Notes: generated from the sequence alone by a model not told the origin. A stretch of 64,000 bases of DNA from Eledone cirrhosa (GCA_964016885.1 OZ024741.1:133982001-134046000), one strand, 5' to 3'. Shown: positions 24,997 through 38,204, counted from the first letter of the stretch. A program made the numbers and translations.

Positions 24997-25061
24997 TTTA
25001 TTTTATCTGATGAAAGCGTACCAAAGTTTTGGTACCCTTGAAATATATATAATAGAATAAA
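24997..25061 (+). ncRNA. Minimal type I hammerhead ribozyme (right arm, family A)
   Basis: Stem I tttattttat/atagaataaa (10 bp, one G-U); core CTGATGA 25007-25013; stem II aag.gtaccaaa/tttggtac.ctt; GAAA 25040-25043; stem III t-ATAT-a with palindromic loop; AUA cleavage triplet ending at 25051. Confidence 0.85.
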
Positions 25062-25204
25062 TATGGTTTTATAAATATAGTTTCCATTTATTTAATATCA
25101 TTGAATATTATACTCCAGAAAACTTGTCAAGTGCTCTGAATCAGTTATAAACATTTATATTTGTTGAATTACCAACAAATTGAATATCCCTTATATATAT
25201 ATAA

Positions 25205-27478
25205 TCATCATCATCATCATCATCATCGTTTAACGTCCATTTTCCACGCTAGTATGGGTCTGGATGGGAATTGTCCCACTTGAGGCAAGATTGGTTGTCT
25301 TGCTCAGGACTGTCTGGCGGGTTTTCTACGGCTGGATGCCCTTCCTAACACCAACCACGTTTATAGTGTGGACTGGGAGGTCTTTACCGTGTTACCTACA
25401 CGGCCACATTACAGCGTGGACTGTGTGTTTTTTTGTCGTGACACCTACACGACCTCATTTATTTAGGACTGGATGTTGTGGTACCAACATAGCTTTACAT
25501 CGAAAGGGGTGGTGTAGATGGCGGTGGGGGTAGGGTTGGGACGGGGGTGTATTTTGGTTAAGAGGTGCCTACTGACTGTAGGTTTCGCTTTGTACTTAGG
25601 CAAGGCGGGTCTTCTGTATTACTAGGTAGCGCCAAAGATCTCGGTCCAGTGACATTGTCTTGGAGAGGTATAAGTGTGTGAGGTCGGATTTTATCAAGTC
25701 GTCCCAGGTTTTTCTGGGTCTGCCTACTCCGTAGCTACCGTCTATTTTGATCGCCCTGCACATTTTTATACAGCTGTCATCTTTCATGCGCATTACGTGA
25801 CCATACCAACGTAGTCTTCTCTCGAGTAAACAGCATCTGATCCCTCTTATTCCTAATTTCTCACTTAGTTCATTTATGCTTTGCCGTTCGCGTGTATTAC
25901 TATTACACATCCAACGGAGCATGCAAGCTTCGTTCCTCTCCAGTCTGCGTAGATCCTCTGCACACAAGGCCAATGTCTCACTGCCATGTAACATCGTTGT
26001 TCGTATGCAGGCATCATACAGCCTGCCTTTTATTTTTAGAGAGAAACCTTTAGCGACCAATAGTGGTATAAGCTCTCTGAACTTTTTCCATCCCGTTCGG
26101 ACTCTAGCTACAGTACTTTCAGAGCACCCTCCACCACTGCTGATTTTGTCACCCAGGTAACGGAAGGTGTCCACTATTTCTATAGAACCATCTGGGCAAT
26201 GGAAGGAGCTAGTATTCTGTGGGCATTTGCTGCTACTTATTGCACCAGAGCACAGGCCACATATAAAATCTTTTATGCACCCATACTTTACATTTGGGAC
26301 ATAAAATGAAGTTTCTGCCTACTCCTTTCCTACACACTGAGCATGGCCATTTCCCAGATGGGACCAGTGCCCTATTCTCCTTCCTACATGTAAGGACTTT
26401 AGTCTTAGACAAGTTAACTTTAAGGCCTTTTGATTCTTGGCCATGCTTCCATGTTTGGAATTTCTTCTCTAGTTCAGCCATTGATTCGGCTATGAGCGTT
26501 AGATCATCTGCGTATAGAAGTTCCCATGGGCAGCCGGTCTTGAACTCCTCCGTTATAGCTTGCAGGGCGATAATAAATAGGAGGGGGCTAAGGACGGAGC
26601 CCTGATGAACACCAACTTTTACGCTAAACTCTTCACTATATTCGTTGTTAATTCTAACCTTGCTGACTGTTTCTTTATACATGGCTTGTATAGCTCTCAC
26701 AAGCCATTCATCTACACCTAGTTTTCTAAGAGCCCACCAGATAATGGAGCGGGGGACTCTGCAAAGGCTTTCTCCAGGTCTACAAAAGCTAAGTAGAGGG
26801 GTTTACTTTTAGCTAGGTACTTCTCCTGTAGTTGTCGTACAATGAAAAGAGCGTCTGTGGTACTTTTACCTGACACAAACCCGAACTGCATTTCATTTAG
26901 ATTAATTCGTTCTCTGATTAGTTGCGCTATTACTTTTTCTGTGACTTTCAATTAATTTAATGCCTCTATAGTTTCCCCTATCTAAGGCGTCTCCTTTACC
27001 CTTGTAGCAGTTAATTATGATGCTGCTACGCCAGTCCTTTGGTACGACCCCATTCTGTATAACTTGGTTTACTATCCGGGTGACCATAGTGTCTCCCACC
27101 GTTCCAGATGCTTTCAACATTTCAGCAACTATTTCCGAAGGCCCAGCCGCCTTGCCGGTCTTCATATCTTTGATTGCCTTACTTATTATACTACCTTCAA
27201 CTTGCACTGCTGGTCCCTCTATTGGATCGATGTGGGAGAGGCTGTCTTTCTCCCATTTATTCTCCTCATTTAGTAGCCTTTCGTAGTGACACTTCCAAGC
27301 TACCTTCTTATAAGCATCAGTGATGGTAAGTACACCATCATCATTACGGACACACTTCTCCCCGACAATATCACGGTTCTCCTTGACACATTGTCTAGCA
27401 ATCCTGAACACCTCACATTTTTGGTCCTCGCGTTGTAGAACATGCTTGAACTTTCTTTCCTCTGCTTCCCTTCTTGCG
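25205..27478 (-). mobile_element. RTE-clade LINE, RT to 3' end with (GAT)n tail
   Basis: FVDLEKAF, QGSVLSPLLF, LLYADDL, WPCSVCRKGVG Cys-rich insert, FRYLG, RRLRWYGHVMRM; frameshifted. Confidence 0.92.
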
Positions 27479-27640
<162 letters not shown>

Positions 27641-28129
27641 TGAAAACTGAAGGTCGCTACTGCTATTTTGTGGATGTGTATATTTCACAAGAAATTTTTT
27701 TATTGAAGAAGGTAAGAAATTTTTAATATATTCTATGATCCGTATTTTTATTTTACAGTTTTATGGTCAATTGTATACACAGAAATAGAGAGGATCTTTT
27801 GAAAATTTTATTTATTTGATATAAAAATTGAATGATAGTACTGTCGTTGTGTGTGGGCCCCTTTGTCTATTCCTGGCAAGCAATAATTTTAGAACCAGTC
27901 CGCCAATACAAATATATATAATCACACACACGCACATATATATAAACACACACCCCCACACATAAACAAACACACGTACACATACATATAGAAACATACA
28001 AACACGCACATATATACACACATACGCATTCATATATATATATATATACACACGCACACACACACATATATACATATAAATACACACACTCATATACACA
28101 GCCACTTTACTGTGAAACCCAATATTAAA

Positions 28130-29492
28130 ACTTTTATCATCCCTCCTACAATTATTTTATCACACTCTCTCAAAATATTACCCCTCTCTCACTAAAACCT
28201 TATACCTTTCTCACTCTCTCTCTATATCCACTACATACCTCACTTTCTCTCACCCTCACAATTCCCCCTCTCTCATTAAACCACAAAATTCCCTCCATCT
28301 TTATATACCACTACATACCTCACTCTATCATTCTCACAATTCCCCATCTTTCACTAAACTACCAAACTCCCTGCCGCCCTCTACATCCCACTACATACCT
28401 CACACTCACAATTCCCCCTCTCACACTAGATCACCAAATTCTCTCTCCTCTCTGTATACCAGTACATACCTCACTATATATCACTCTTGTAATTACCACT
28501 CTCTCACTAGCCCACCAAACTCTCTCCCCCTCACTATATCCCACTACATGCTTCACTCTCTACCGCTTTCACAATTATCCCTCTCTCGCTAGATCACCAA
28601 ATTCTCCCCCTCTCTATATTCTATTACATACTTCACTCACTTTCCCTCTCTTAATTCCCCCTTTCTCACTAGGCAAATAAACTCTCACCCCTCTCTATAA
28701 CTCACTACATACCTCACTCACACTCACAATTCCCCCTCTCTCACTAGAGCAACAAATTCTCTCTTCATCTCTATAATCCACTACATAGCTCATTCTCTCT
28801 CACTCTCACAATACCCCCTCTCTCACCAGGCCAATAAACTCTGCCCCTCTCTATAACCGACTACACACTTCACACTCTCTCACAATTCCCTCTCTCTCAC
28901 TAGACCACTAAATTCCTCCACCTCTTTATATTCTACTACATACCTCACTCTCTTAACTCCCCCTCTCTCACTAGGCTAATCAACTATCACCACTCTCTAT
29001 ATCCAACTACATACCTCACTCTCACTCACAATTCCCCTCTGTCGCTAGACCACCAAATTCTCTCCCTCTTACTCTATTCCACTACATAACTCACTCTCTT
29101 TCACTCTCTTAATTCCTCCTCTCTCACTAAACCAACAAATACTCTCCCACTCTCTATATTCCACTACATACCCCACTCTCGCTCACAATTCCCCCTCTCT
29201 CACTAGACCACCAATTTTTCTCCCTCTCTTTATATTCAACTATCTACTTCACTTCTTCTCACTCTCACAATACCCTTTCACTAAACTAACAAATTCACTC
29301 CCACTCTCTATATCCCACTACATACCTCCCTCTCTTTCTCCCTCACAATTGCTCCTCTCTCATTAGACCACCAAATGCTCTGTCCCTATCTATATCCAAC
29401 TACAATATGTTTTACTTTGAAACAACAAATGTTTTCATATTCTCCATCCCCTCCCCCACTTTTTGAACTACTGGGGTGTGGGGGCGATCTAG
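28130..29492 (+). repeat. Pyrimidine-rich diverged minisatellite (about 70-80 bp unit), possibly internal to a Helitron-like element
   Basis: Recurrent ccactacatacctcact...cacaattccccctctctcactagaccaccaaa; ends in ccccact..gtgggggcgatCTAGT. Confidence 0.75.
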
Positions 29493-29529
29493 TATATATA
29501 TATATATATATATATATATAGCTTTGATA

Positions 29530-30270
29530 ACTTTGATATGTTTCGATCAGTATTGGTTCAGGCCATGTCTAACTTAATAACACCACCTGGCGAAGTCTTT
29601 CAAATCAGGATTTGGACACCATGCCCACTCAAGTAGAGAGTTATTGTTAATGGTGACATAACCAGGTGTAGGAGGTTTATCCAACATTTCTTAGAGGAAT
29701 TTGTCCGAAGACTTTTTGAATTTTATGAGGTCAGTTTCTGTTTTAATGTGTTTTAGTGTAATGTTAAAGGGAGCGGAACCAGTTGAGATGAAATAATTGT
29801 GCTGTAATGTTGTTATGGGATGTGAGTTTGATTTTTGTTTTGGACGGGTAGCACGGGCCCCAAGCCTTAGGTGTACTTTAAAGATGATGCCAACATCATT
29901 TGGGCAATGCTGATGGTATATTTTCCACATCATGCAGGTCATGTAGCGCTCACGGTGTAATTGGAGAGAATAGAGTTTAAGCTTTTCTAGTCGACCCCAA
30001 TAGTCAAGACCTGTCATATCATCTATTTTTTTTGTGACCTTTGAGGTGCTTCAATTTTCATAATACTTTTTTTCATGCGGGGAGACCACAGTGGACAACA
30101 GTATTTAAAGTAGAGAAGAGAAGGATAATGGTGTGGATATCTCTTGACTGGAAAGTTCTGAGAATCCAGGAACACATTCTGCAGGCGAATGTCAACTTTG
30201 CTGTTTATATGGGTCGCCCAGCTTATGTTGTTATCAACAATTACTTCCAATTCTCTGATGTTGTTGGATG
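29530..30270 (-). mobile_element. CR1/L2-type LINE C-terminal fragment
   Basis: YCCPLWSP, KIEAPQR, LDYWGRLEKLKLYSLQLHRERY, KFKKSSDKFL. Confidence 0.75.
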
Positions 30271-31765
30271 TCATTCTTCCACGCTAGAATGGGTTAGACA
30301 GGTTGTTCTGTTGTGGGCAATGCCAGGTGAGGTGACCATGTCTTGCTCATACAGAACTGATTTTGGATTGATTTCTACAGCTGGATGGCCATCTTAGCAC
30401 CAATCTCATTTACAGTGTGGACTGGGTGATTTTTTGTCATGACACCTACATGACCACTTTACAATGGGAGTGGGGTGGGGGCATACTGTCTATATGCTTT
30501 AGCTTTGGCTTGTACTCGTGGGAGGTCGGGTCTTCTGTATTACTGCGTAACGCCAGAGGTCTCAGTCTTGTGTCATCGCCTTTGAAAGGTGCGATTAGGC
30601 AAGACCAGCTTTTATCACCTCATCGCAGATCTTCTTGGGTCTCCCCACTCCAAGGCTTCCATCAACTTATAGTGCTCTGCACTTTTTTATGCAACTTTTC
30701 ATCCTTCATATGCATCACATGTCCATACCAACGTAACCTCCTCTCCTACACACAGCATGTGATTCCTCTTATGCCTAATCTCTCTCCCAATTCGTTTATG
30801 CTTTGCTGTTGATGTATATTACTATTACACATCCATCGGAGTATGCAAGCTTAATTTCTTTCTAATCTACGCAAGTCTTCTGCACACAATGCCCAGGTCT
30901 CACTACCATGCAACATTGCTGTTCTTATGCATGCATCATACAGTCTGCCTTTCATTTTGAGGGAAAATCCTTTTGCAGCTAGCAGTGACAGTAGCTCCCC
31001 GAATGTCTTCCATCCCGTTCTTATCCTGGTTACTGTACTTTCAGAATACCCCCCCTCTGCTGCTAATTCAGCCACCTAGGTAGCAGAAGCTGTCTATTGT
31101 TTGTACCAAGCCCTTCCAGAATTTGATAGTACTTGTTTCCTGTGGTCGTTTGCTACTTACTGTCCTGGTGCAACTGCTACATGTAAAGCCTACATTCTTA
31201 GCTAAACTTCCTGAGATCCCACTACATCACTTGTGTTCCCATACTTTGCATTTGGGGCAGAGGATGGAATTTCTACCTACACCTTTCCTACATACTGAGC
31301 AAGGCCGTTTCCCTGAGGGGATCTGGGTTCTGTTATCTCTTCTGCTTACGAGGACCTTAGTCTTTGTCAGGTTGACTTTGTGACCCCTTTTTCCTAGGTC
31401 CTGCTTCCATGTTTGGAATTTCTTCTCTAGTTCCACCATAGATTCAGTTATAAGTGTAAGATCATCCGCATACAGAAGTTCCCATGGGCATCCGGTCTTA
31501 AACTCCTCTGTTATTGCCTGCAATATGATAATAAAGAGGAGAGAGCTAAGAACAGAACCCAGGTGGACACTAACCTGTATGCTAAATTCCTCGCTATAGT
31601 CATTATTAACCCTAACTTTGCTGACTGTTCCGCTATACATGGCTTGTACAGCCTTCACAAGCCATTCATCTACTCCTAGTTTTCTAAGAGCCCACCAGAT
31701 TATAGCATGGGGCACTCTGTCAAAAGCTTTTTCCAGATTGACAAATGGTGGGTAGAGCGGCTTAC
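30271..31765 (-). mobile_element. RTE-clade LINE, RT to 3' UTR, decayed
   Basis: LLYADDL, CSVCRKGVGRNSILC, MLHGSETWAL; same family as 25205-27478. Confidence 0.88.
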
Positions 31766-31916
31766 TATATATAAATTTTGAGTATATGTTGGTTGTTTAC
31801 CGACACCTCAGTATGCAGATTGGAGCACTCGACGAAGTACGCAGGTTGGTTTGTTTACTCCGGAGTAATGTAAAATAAGTAAGTCAAACATGTAAAATTT
31901 GGCTTGTTTATTATAA

Positions 31917-31981
31917 ATTCTCTGCTATATATATTTCGGTGACAGCTATTATTGGCTGTGACCTCTTCAAGCAGTACGAAT
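31917..31981 (-). ncRNA. Type I hammerhead ribozyme, U3 core variant (left arm, family B)
   Basis: Reverse complement of 32166-32230. Confidence 0.65.
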
Positions 31982-32165
31982 TAATGTGGAAAAGAGAAGT
32001 AAACATGTTGTTGAAATGTGTTCCACTCTGTCAATTCATCGATATGTCCAGCTCCTGGGTGTGTTGTTAGTCCTCCGAGGAATTGGAACCAGGAACTGGA
32101 CATATCGATGAATTGACAGAGTGGAACACATTTCAACAACATGTTTACCTGTCTTTTCCACATTA

Positions 32166-32230
32166 ATTCGTACTGCTTGAAGAGGTCACAGCCAATAATA
32201 GCTGTCACCGAAATATATATAGCAGAGAAT
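32166..32230 (+). ncRNA. Type I hammerhead ribozyme, U3 core variant (right arm, family B)
   Basis: Stem I attc..ctgc/gcag.gaat; core TTGAAGA 32177-32183; stem II ggt.acagc/gctgt.acc; GAAA 32210-32213; t-ATAT-a stem III; AUA triplet ending at 32221. Confidence 0.7.
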
Positions 32231-32377
32231 TTATAATAAACGAAGCCAAATGTTACATGTTTGACTTACTTATTTTATATATATATATATATACACCCCA
32301 CCCCTCTCACTCTCAAAAGCCTGAACCTAATAAACCTTTATTTGTCTGCCTCTCTGTTTTGTTCCCGTATAAATTTG

Positions 32378-32437
<60 letters not shown>

Positions 32438-32769
32438 GAATAATCGAGTATCGGAAAATCAGCTCACGAATTTACGATAAACAAAATCCGACATGAGTGG
32501 CAGAGGGCTCAATAATTCAGATAAATCAGAGCTATAACTATCGTTAAGATACCAACACACAAAGATTATGCCTAAAATCACCCGTGCAGCCGAAAAATAA
32601 CGACCAGGAAGAGTCGGGTCACTCAGATAAAATATCAATAAATCAATAAATCATATGAATGTAAAAAACTTACCCGGACCCACTAGAAAGGTGGTAAATC
32701 TAGCTTCTTGGGTTTCTGCTATTTCTTAATCCGCCCCCTATTTAAATAAACATTCATCACGACTACAGA

Positions 32770-33700
32770 ATCAAAGCTATCCAATACTGGCTAAACACAT
32801 TCCCTCATGAGCTACCAGACCGTATTAACAGAAATTTCATCATAGAAAGTCTTGAATTCATCCTAAAAAACAACTACTTCATATTCGATGAAACACTCTA
32901 CTGACAGAAACGAGGAACATCCATAGGTACCAAGGGAGCGCCAACATATGCCAACTTGGTCATGGGATACAATTGAACTAAAAATCTACAAAAATATTTA
33001 TGGAAGTACCTTCAGTTTCTATGTAAAAGAAAACTGGGAAAGATATCTAGATGACTGTTTTATTTTGTGGAGGTAAAATCTTGATGAACTAAGGAATTTT
33101 CAAACCCTCATTAATAATATAAACTCTAACATCCATTTCACTATGGAATTTAGCAACGAAAATCTCCCTTTCTTAGACATGCTAATAACAAAAAGAAATA
33201 CAAAAATATCCTGTAATTAAGAGAAGACGACAGCCAAATTCATTTTTTTAAATACTGACAAGGGCAGAGCTGCAAACCACAATTACAGAACTTCATGTGA
33301 AAGGATGCAACCGACCTCATTGCGGAATGTGCAATTACCTACAGGAAGGCCACGAATTCTACTTCACAGACGAATCTATCTTCAAAATTAAGAACAACTT
33401 CTCGTGCAATTCTGAAAATTTAATTTACGTCATACCCTGTCGAGGTTGCAGCGAACATTATATAGGACAGACAGGTTTAACACTCCGACAAAGAATGACA
33501 GTCCACAGGCAACAAATTAGAACGTCATACACTAGAAAGATCCCCCTAAGCAAGCATATAGAAGAATGCGGAGGAAAAACACTACCAAACTTTAATATTT
33601 TCCCCTTTTACCAATGTAATTATGAAATCACAGAAAAGGAGAATTAATAAAGAAAAAAATGTTCATCAAAGAATTCAAACCAAGTTTAAACTCATTTACA
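32770..33700 (+). mobile_element. Penelope-like element remnant (RT plus GIY-YIG endonuclease)
   Basis: NNYFIFDETLY*QKRGTSIGTKGAPTYANLVMG, RYLDDCFILW, LPFLDMLI, and CNRPHCGMC..NLIYVIPCRGCSEHYIGQTG..RMTVHR. Confidence 0.88.
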
Positions 33701-33718
33701 ACATAATATATATTATAT

Positions 33719-34258
33719 ATTGGGTTGGCAAGAACGTAATTTCATTTTTCGCAAATAGATAGGAGTTACGATTTTTAAAAATGACTTTTGTCAATGTTAT
33801 GAATTTTTCCTTTTGACATTTGATAGCTGTTACTTTTAGCTTACTTTAGAAGCAAATTGCGCGTAATTTTGTTTACAGCTGTTAGTTCAGTGTTAATTTT
33901 AACATGGAGTGCAAAAACGAACATTTTCGCCATATTTGGCTTTTTTATTTCCGTAAAGGCAAGAAGGCTGCTTGAGGCTCACAAAGAGATATGTGAAATT
34001 TATGGTGTTGATTGCTTTACAGAACGCACATGTCAGAAATGGTTTTTAAAATTCCGTTCTTGAGATTTTTCACTCAAAGATGACCAACATTCTGGTCGAC
34101 CTACGAAAGTTGATGATGACCGAATCAATGCCATAATTGAATCTGATTGTCATATAAATGCGAGAGATTGCAGAGAAGTTAAATGTATCACATTCAACAA
34201 TTGAAAATAACTTAAAATGTCTTGGGCTCGTTAAGAAGCTCGATATTTGGGTTCCACA
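33719..34258 (+). mobile_element. Mariner transposon 5' half (TIR plus helix-turn-helix region)
   Basis: TIR-like attgggttggcaagaacgtaatt; EICEIYG..TERTCQKWF.KFRS, HSGRP and DIWVPH motifs. Confidence 0.82.
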
Positions 34259-34681
34259 TACATTTATAGCATTTAATCCTTACAGCTATCTAAATTATTA
34301 AAAATCGCTAGCAATTTCCTTTACGCTCTACTGCTATTACAAATAAGGGATTATTCTTCTGTAAACTCTCGGAAATTCCATGAGCTTAGAAATATTCGGA
34401 TATTTTAAACTTACAAATTTTTTAAAATAATTAATTAATAATAAATAGTAAAATTATATATGCTTTTATAATAATAACATATTTTTTAATAATATATATT
34501 CTTTAATAATAATATATAGGTCTCCACTTTAATAATATAACATACACATTTAAACATTTAAACTACGGATTGAATTGATAAATTATTAATTAAACATTTA
34601 ATCAAATTTATTAATTAAACATTAAATAAATTCTTCAACTTATCTTTATTATTGTTTATCCATCTTTATTATTATTTATTA

Positions 34682-35798
34682 CTAGCAGTAAAGCCCGGCG
34701 TTGCTCGGGGTCGCTCAGTAGCTGTGTTAAAGTTACAATGTTAAGTTTCTTTTTTGGCTTAAAAACTGTAGTGTCTACTGTGCAGACTTGCATGTGGTGT
34801 TTTTGATTAATATTCCCTCAACCAACAACATGCCTTATGAAGTTAAGAAAACATAACGATAACCCGAATGTTATAACAAAAGAGGATGCTGGGGATAAAA
34901 ACTGCACTGGTTATTTATTAACAAAGATCGAAAATGTAAACACTGCAACGCAGAGAAAAACATTAGCGTAACCAAATTATCAGTTATGTCTGTCTGCACG
35001 CCTATATCACCTCTCTGCACGACTATCTGTCTGCACGCCTATATCACCTCTCTGCACGACTGTCTGTCTGCACGCGTATATCACCTCTCTGCACGACTAT
35101 CTGTCTGCACGCGTATATCACCTCTCTGCACGACTGTCTGTCTGCACGACTGTCTGTCTGCACGCCTAACGAAATTTACAGATACATATATTTTAAATAA
35201 ACTTATATAATTTTTGCTTTTTTTTACGAAATATTTGCTTGTTTTACGTAGTCTTTAAATAGACTTGTTTTCAAGTAAAAATATTGTTTTAAAAGGCTTT
35301 TAAATGGAAATGAAGCAAAACGGAAGCTTAGTGTTCGAACTGATGAATTTTGCAGGTCAAAATTTTGCTGGCTCGACAACTGTTCGTGTATTGTGTTAAT
35401 GTCATTTTAAACGCTGAGAAAGCCAGCGTAATTTTTTTAATTTTTGCACGCAGAAAATGTAAACAGAACGTAAGACGCTACGCTGAATGTAAACAGAACA
35501 AAGGGAAATCATTTTTTTAATTTTTGCACGCAGAAAATGTAAAGAGAACGTAAGACGCTACGCTGAATGTAAACAGAACAAAGGGAAATAACTGATCACT
35601 TACGCTCAAAAATCGATACATTATATTCGATTTCGTCAGATAGGGCGGGTCAATTTGAAATATTTTTTTTCCGATGTCTTCGCTAGGGCTCAATGTACAA
35701 GTATAGCAATTTCGGTGCAATTCCGTGAGAGATTCTAAGAGGAGATGTGTGCCAAAAATCGATAGACAGACAGACAACTTCAGTTTTATATATATAGA
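34682..35798 (-). mobile_element. Non-autonomous Helitron-like element
   Basis: Minus strand starts A|TCtatatatataaaactgaagttgtctgtctgtc and ends cccgagcaacgccggg..CTAG|T; internal short tandem repeats (34985-35165) and an 83-bp duplication (35430-35590). Confidence 0.85.
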
Positions 35799-36039
35799 TT
35801 GTTTATCCATCTTACGGTATTCATCCACGCTATATTTATTTCTTCGCCTCTTCTCTCAAAATTACGCTATTCTCTCTCACTAAAATATACTCAGGTTTTT
35901 CTCTTTCTTTCTTTCGTTTTTCTCTTTCTTTTCTCTTTTTTCCTTATTCCAACGGCTTAATTTAAATATACTGTTTTTAAACTTTTCCAACACTAATTTG
36001 CATTATAAACCAACAATAAATCTAATAACTCCACTATCC

Positions 36040-36305
36040 AGGATATTCCAACCAGAATGGTTGCATTTTTTAAGGGTATGTCAATATTTATTTATAAAAC
36101 TAACCTATATTATATTTTATCTGATGAAAGCGCACCATAGTTTGCTCTGGTGGCCCTTGAAATATGTATAATGAAATAAATATGGTTTTATAAATATAGT
36201 TTCCATTTGTTAATATATTGTATATTTACTCCAATAATTTGTTGAGTGCTTTATATCAGTAATAAAAATATTTCGCTTGGTGTATCAAATTAAATATAAC
36301 CTCTA
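36040..36305 (+). mobile_element. Single-arm copy of family A element ending in (TA)n
   Basis: Colinear with about 24970-25192 (aataaatatggttttataaatatagtttccattt, tactcca, agtgct..atcagt). Confidence 0.8.
36113..36178 (+). ncRNA. Minimal type I hammerhead ribozyme (family A, diverged copy)
   Basis: Stem I tattttat/atgaaata; CTGATGA 36121-36127; stem II aag..cacca/tggtg..ctt; GAAA 36159-36162; t-ATGT-a; AUA triplet ending at 36170. Confidence 0.8.
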
Positions 36306-37134
36306 CATATATATATATATTTATATATATATTCTTTTTCTTCAACACTGAAGGAAAAGTAGAGTTACGCCCCTTGTAACAGATCAAAACAAAATCTTTT
36401 TATATACAAACCACAACAAACAAAAAATAAGTTGTATCCCTTACTTTAGCAAGGGCCCAAACCATGCGACCAGAAAACAGCATGCAGGATTTTTAACGAA
36501 AGAACAACTCAAGAAATGAATTTGAAAATGTAAGAGAAAGCAAGCTTCGCAAAACATCAATTTTTTTGTACATGTTATAAGATCTTTTTTTTTATATATA
36601 CCAGGGGTGCTTTTCAAACCATCTTTTTATCTTTTTCCTTATATACAATTATATATATGTGTGTGTGTGTGTGTGCGTGTGTTTATACATATATGGTGGT
36701 CATTTTCTCTTTAAAGAGCTTGATCACTACTTGTTCCAATAATTTCTCTTTTCTAACATGAGATTTTAAATGACTTTTGAACCCAGAAAGGTGTTTGAAT
36801 AGCTGACTACAAATACTGAAACAATCTCTCATTTCAACATAGTGTTGTAATGAAGTAGTCCTGGGGCTACAATAAAATGCACCCAACTAACTCCTGGAGC
36901 CATGATGAAAACAACCTGTTTGCACTGTAAGGCACCAGTGCTGGTATCTTGACAAAAAGGAAGCACTTATTCCACCCCGTAAAGTGGTAGTGCCTGAATC
37001 ATAATAAAATGCTTCCAGTATATGTTGTAAAGTGGTTGATATTAGGAAGGGCATCCACCTATAGAAAACAACCCAACAACAGAACATATGAACAAGACAT
37101 AGTTACTTGACAAACTGTCTAACATCTGACTATC

Positions 37135-37490
37135 ACTTTACAGAATAGACTGGGCAATTTTTATTGTGGCATCAGCACAACCACCCCTCCATGTAAACTG
37201 GGCACTTTTTATTGTAGAACCAATACAACCACCCCACCAAGTAGACTGGGTAGTGTGTATTGCCGAACCAACACAACCACCCCACCAAATAGACTGGTGA
37301 CTTTTTATTGTAGAACCAACACAAACACCCCACCAATTAGACTGGACCGTTTCATTGTAGAACCAACACAGCCACCCCACCAAGAAGACTAGACACTTTT
37401 TATTGTGGCACCAACACAACCACCCCACCAAGGAGACTGGGCACTTTTTATTGTGGCACCAACACAACTACCCCAACAGTAGACTGTTGT
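37135..37490. repeat. About 60-bp diverged tandem repeat, 6 units
   Basis: Recurrent agactgggcactttttattgtggcaccaacacaaccaccccacca. Confidence 0.8.
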
Positions 37491-38159
37491 GTATTCCATT
37501 ATGACATCAGTGAAACTTCATTACGGTATTTGAATTAGTTCTGTTCTTGGTCCAATCGAGGGGCGAGGGGGCAGTGAAGAGAAAAGGGAGTTGCGGTGGT
37601 GATGAGAGAAGGGAGAGGGACAGTGAAGAGAGGAAGGAGGGGGTAGTAAAGAGAGAATGGAGAGGGACAGTAAAGAGAGAAGGGAGGGGGACTGTGGTGA
37701 GAGAAAGGAGGAGGACAGTGATGAAAGAAGGGAGGGAAAGCTACTTGTTGCATGTTGGAGGGTGAGGTAAATCAACTTCCTATGCAGGTATTGGTTGAAC
37801 AGGGAATTGGAGTGGTGAACATGATTAATAAGGTGTAGGCATGGGACATATCATCATTGTTATCATCGTTAACATTTATTTTCCCTTGCTTGGATGGGTT
37901 AGAAAAATTGTCACAGTTCTGAGAGTACACTGGTCAGGTGACCATGTTTAGTTCATAAATTTAGTTTTGACATGGTTTCTATAACTGGAGGTTTTTCTTA
38001 ACCTCAACTGATAGTATCAACCATAATCCAATGAAACTGTAGTGACTTCCAGAAGTTAACTGAGGCGATGAGACTGTCCGTTTTTCCATTGTCTTTGTCT
38101 TGAACAACACCTCCCCTATTTTGAATAAATATATATATAGTAAATATATATATATATAG

Positions 38160-38204
<45 letters not shown>

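Larger units (their letters stand above)
24716..25192. mobile_element. Hammerhead-bearing fold-back element, family A (Penelope pLTR-like)
   Basis: Inverted arms span 24716-25103 (about 175 bp each, one 2-nt indel seen); unpaired tail 25104-25192; TA-rich flanks; homologous to 36040-36305. Confidence 0.85.
31770..32277. mobile_element. Hammerhead-bearing fold-back element, family B
   Basis: Arms 31871-32058 and 32089-32277 with a few mismatches, 30-nt spacer, unpaired tail 31770-31870, TA repeats at both ends; tail homologous to 63380-63500. Confidence 0.85.

Noticed and set aside
35340-35372. CTGATGA followed by an attttg/caaaat stem
   Set aside because: No GAAA or cleavage triplet follows.
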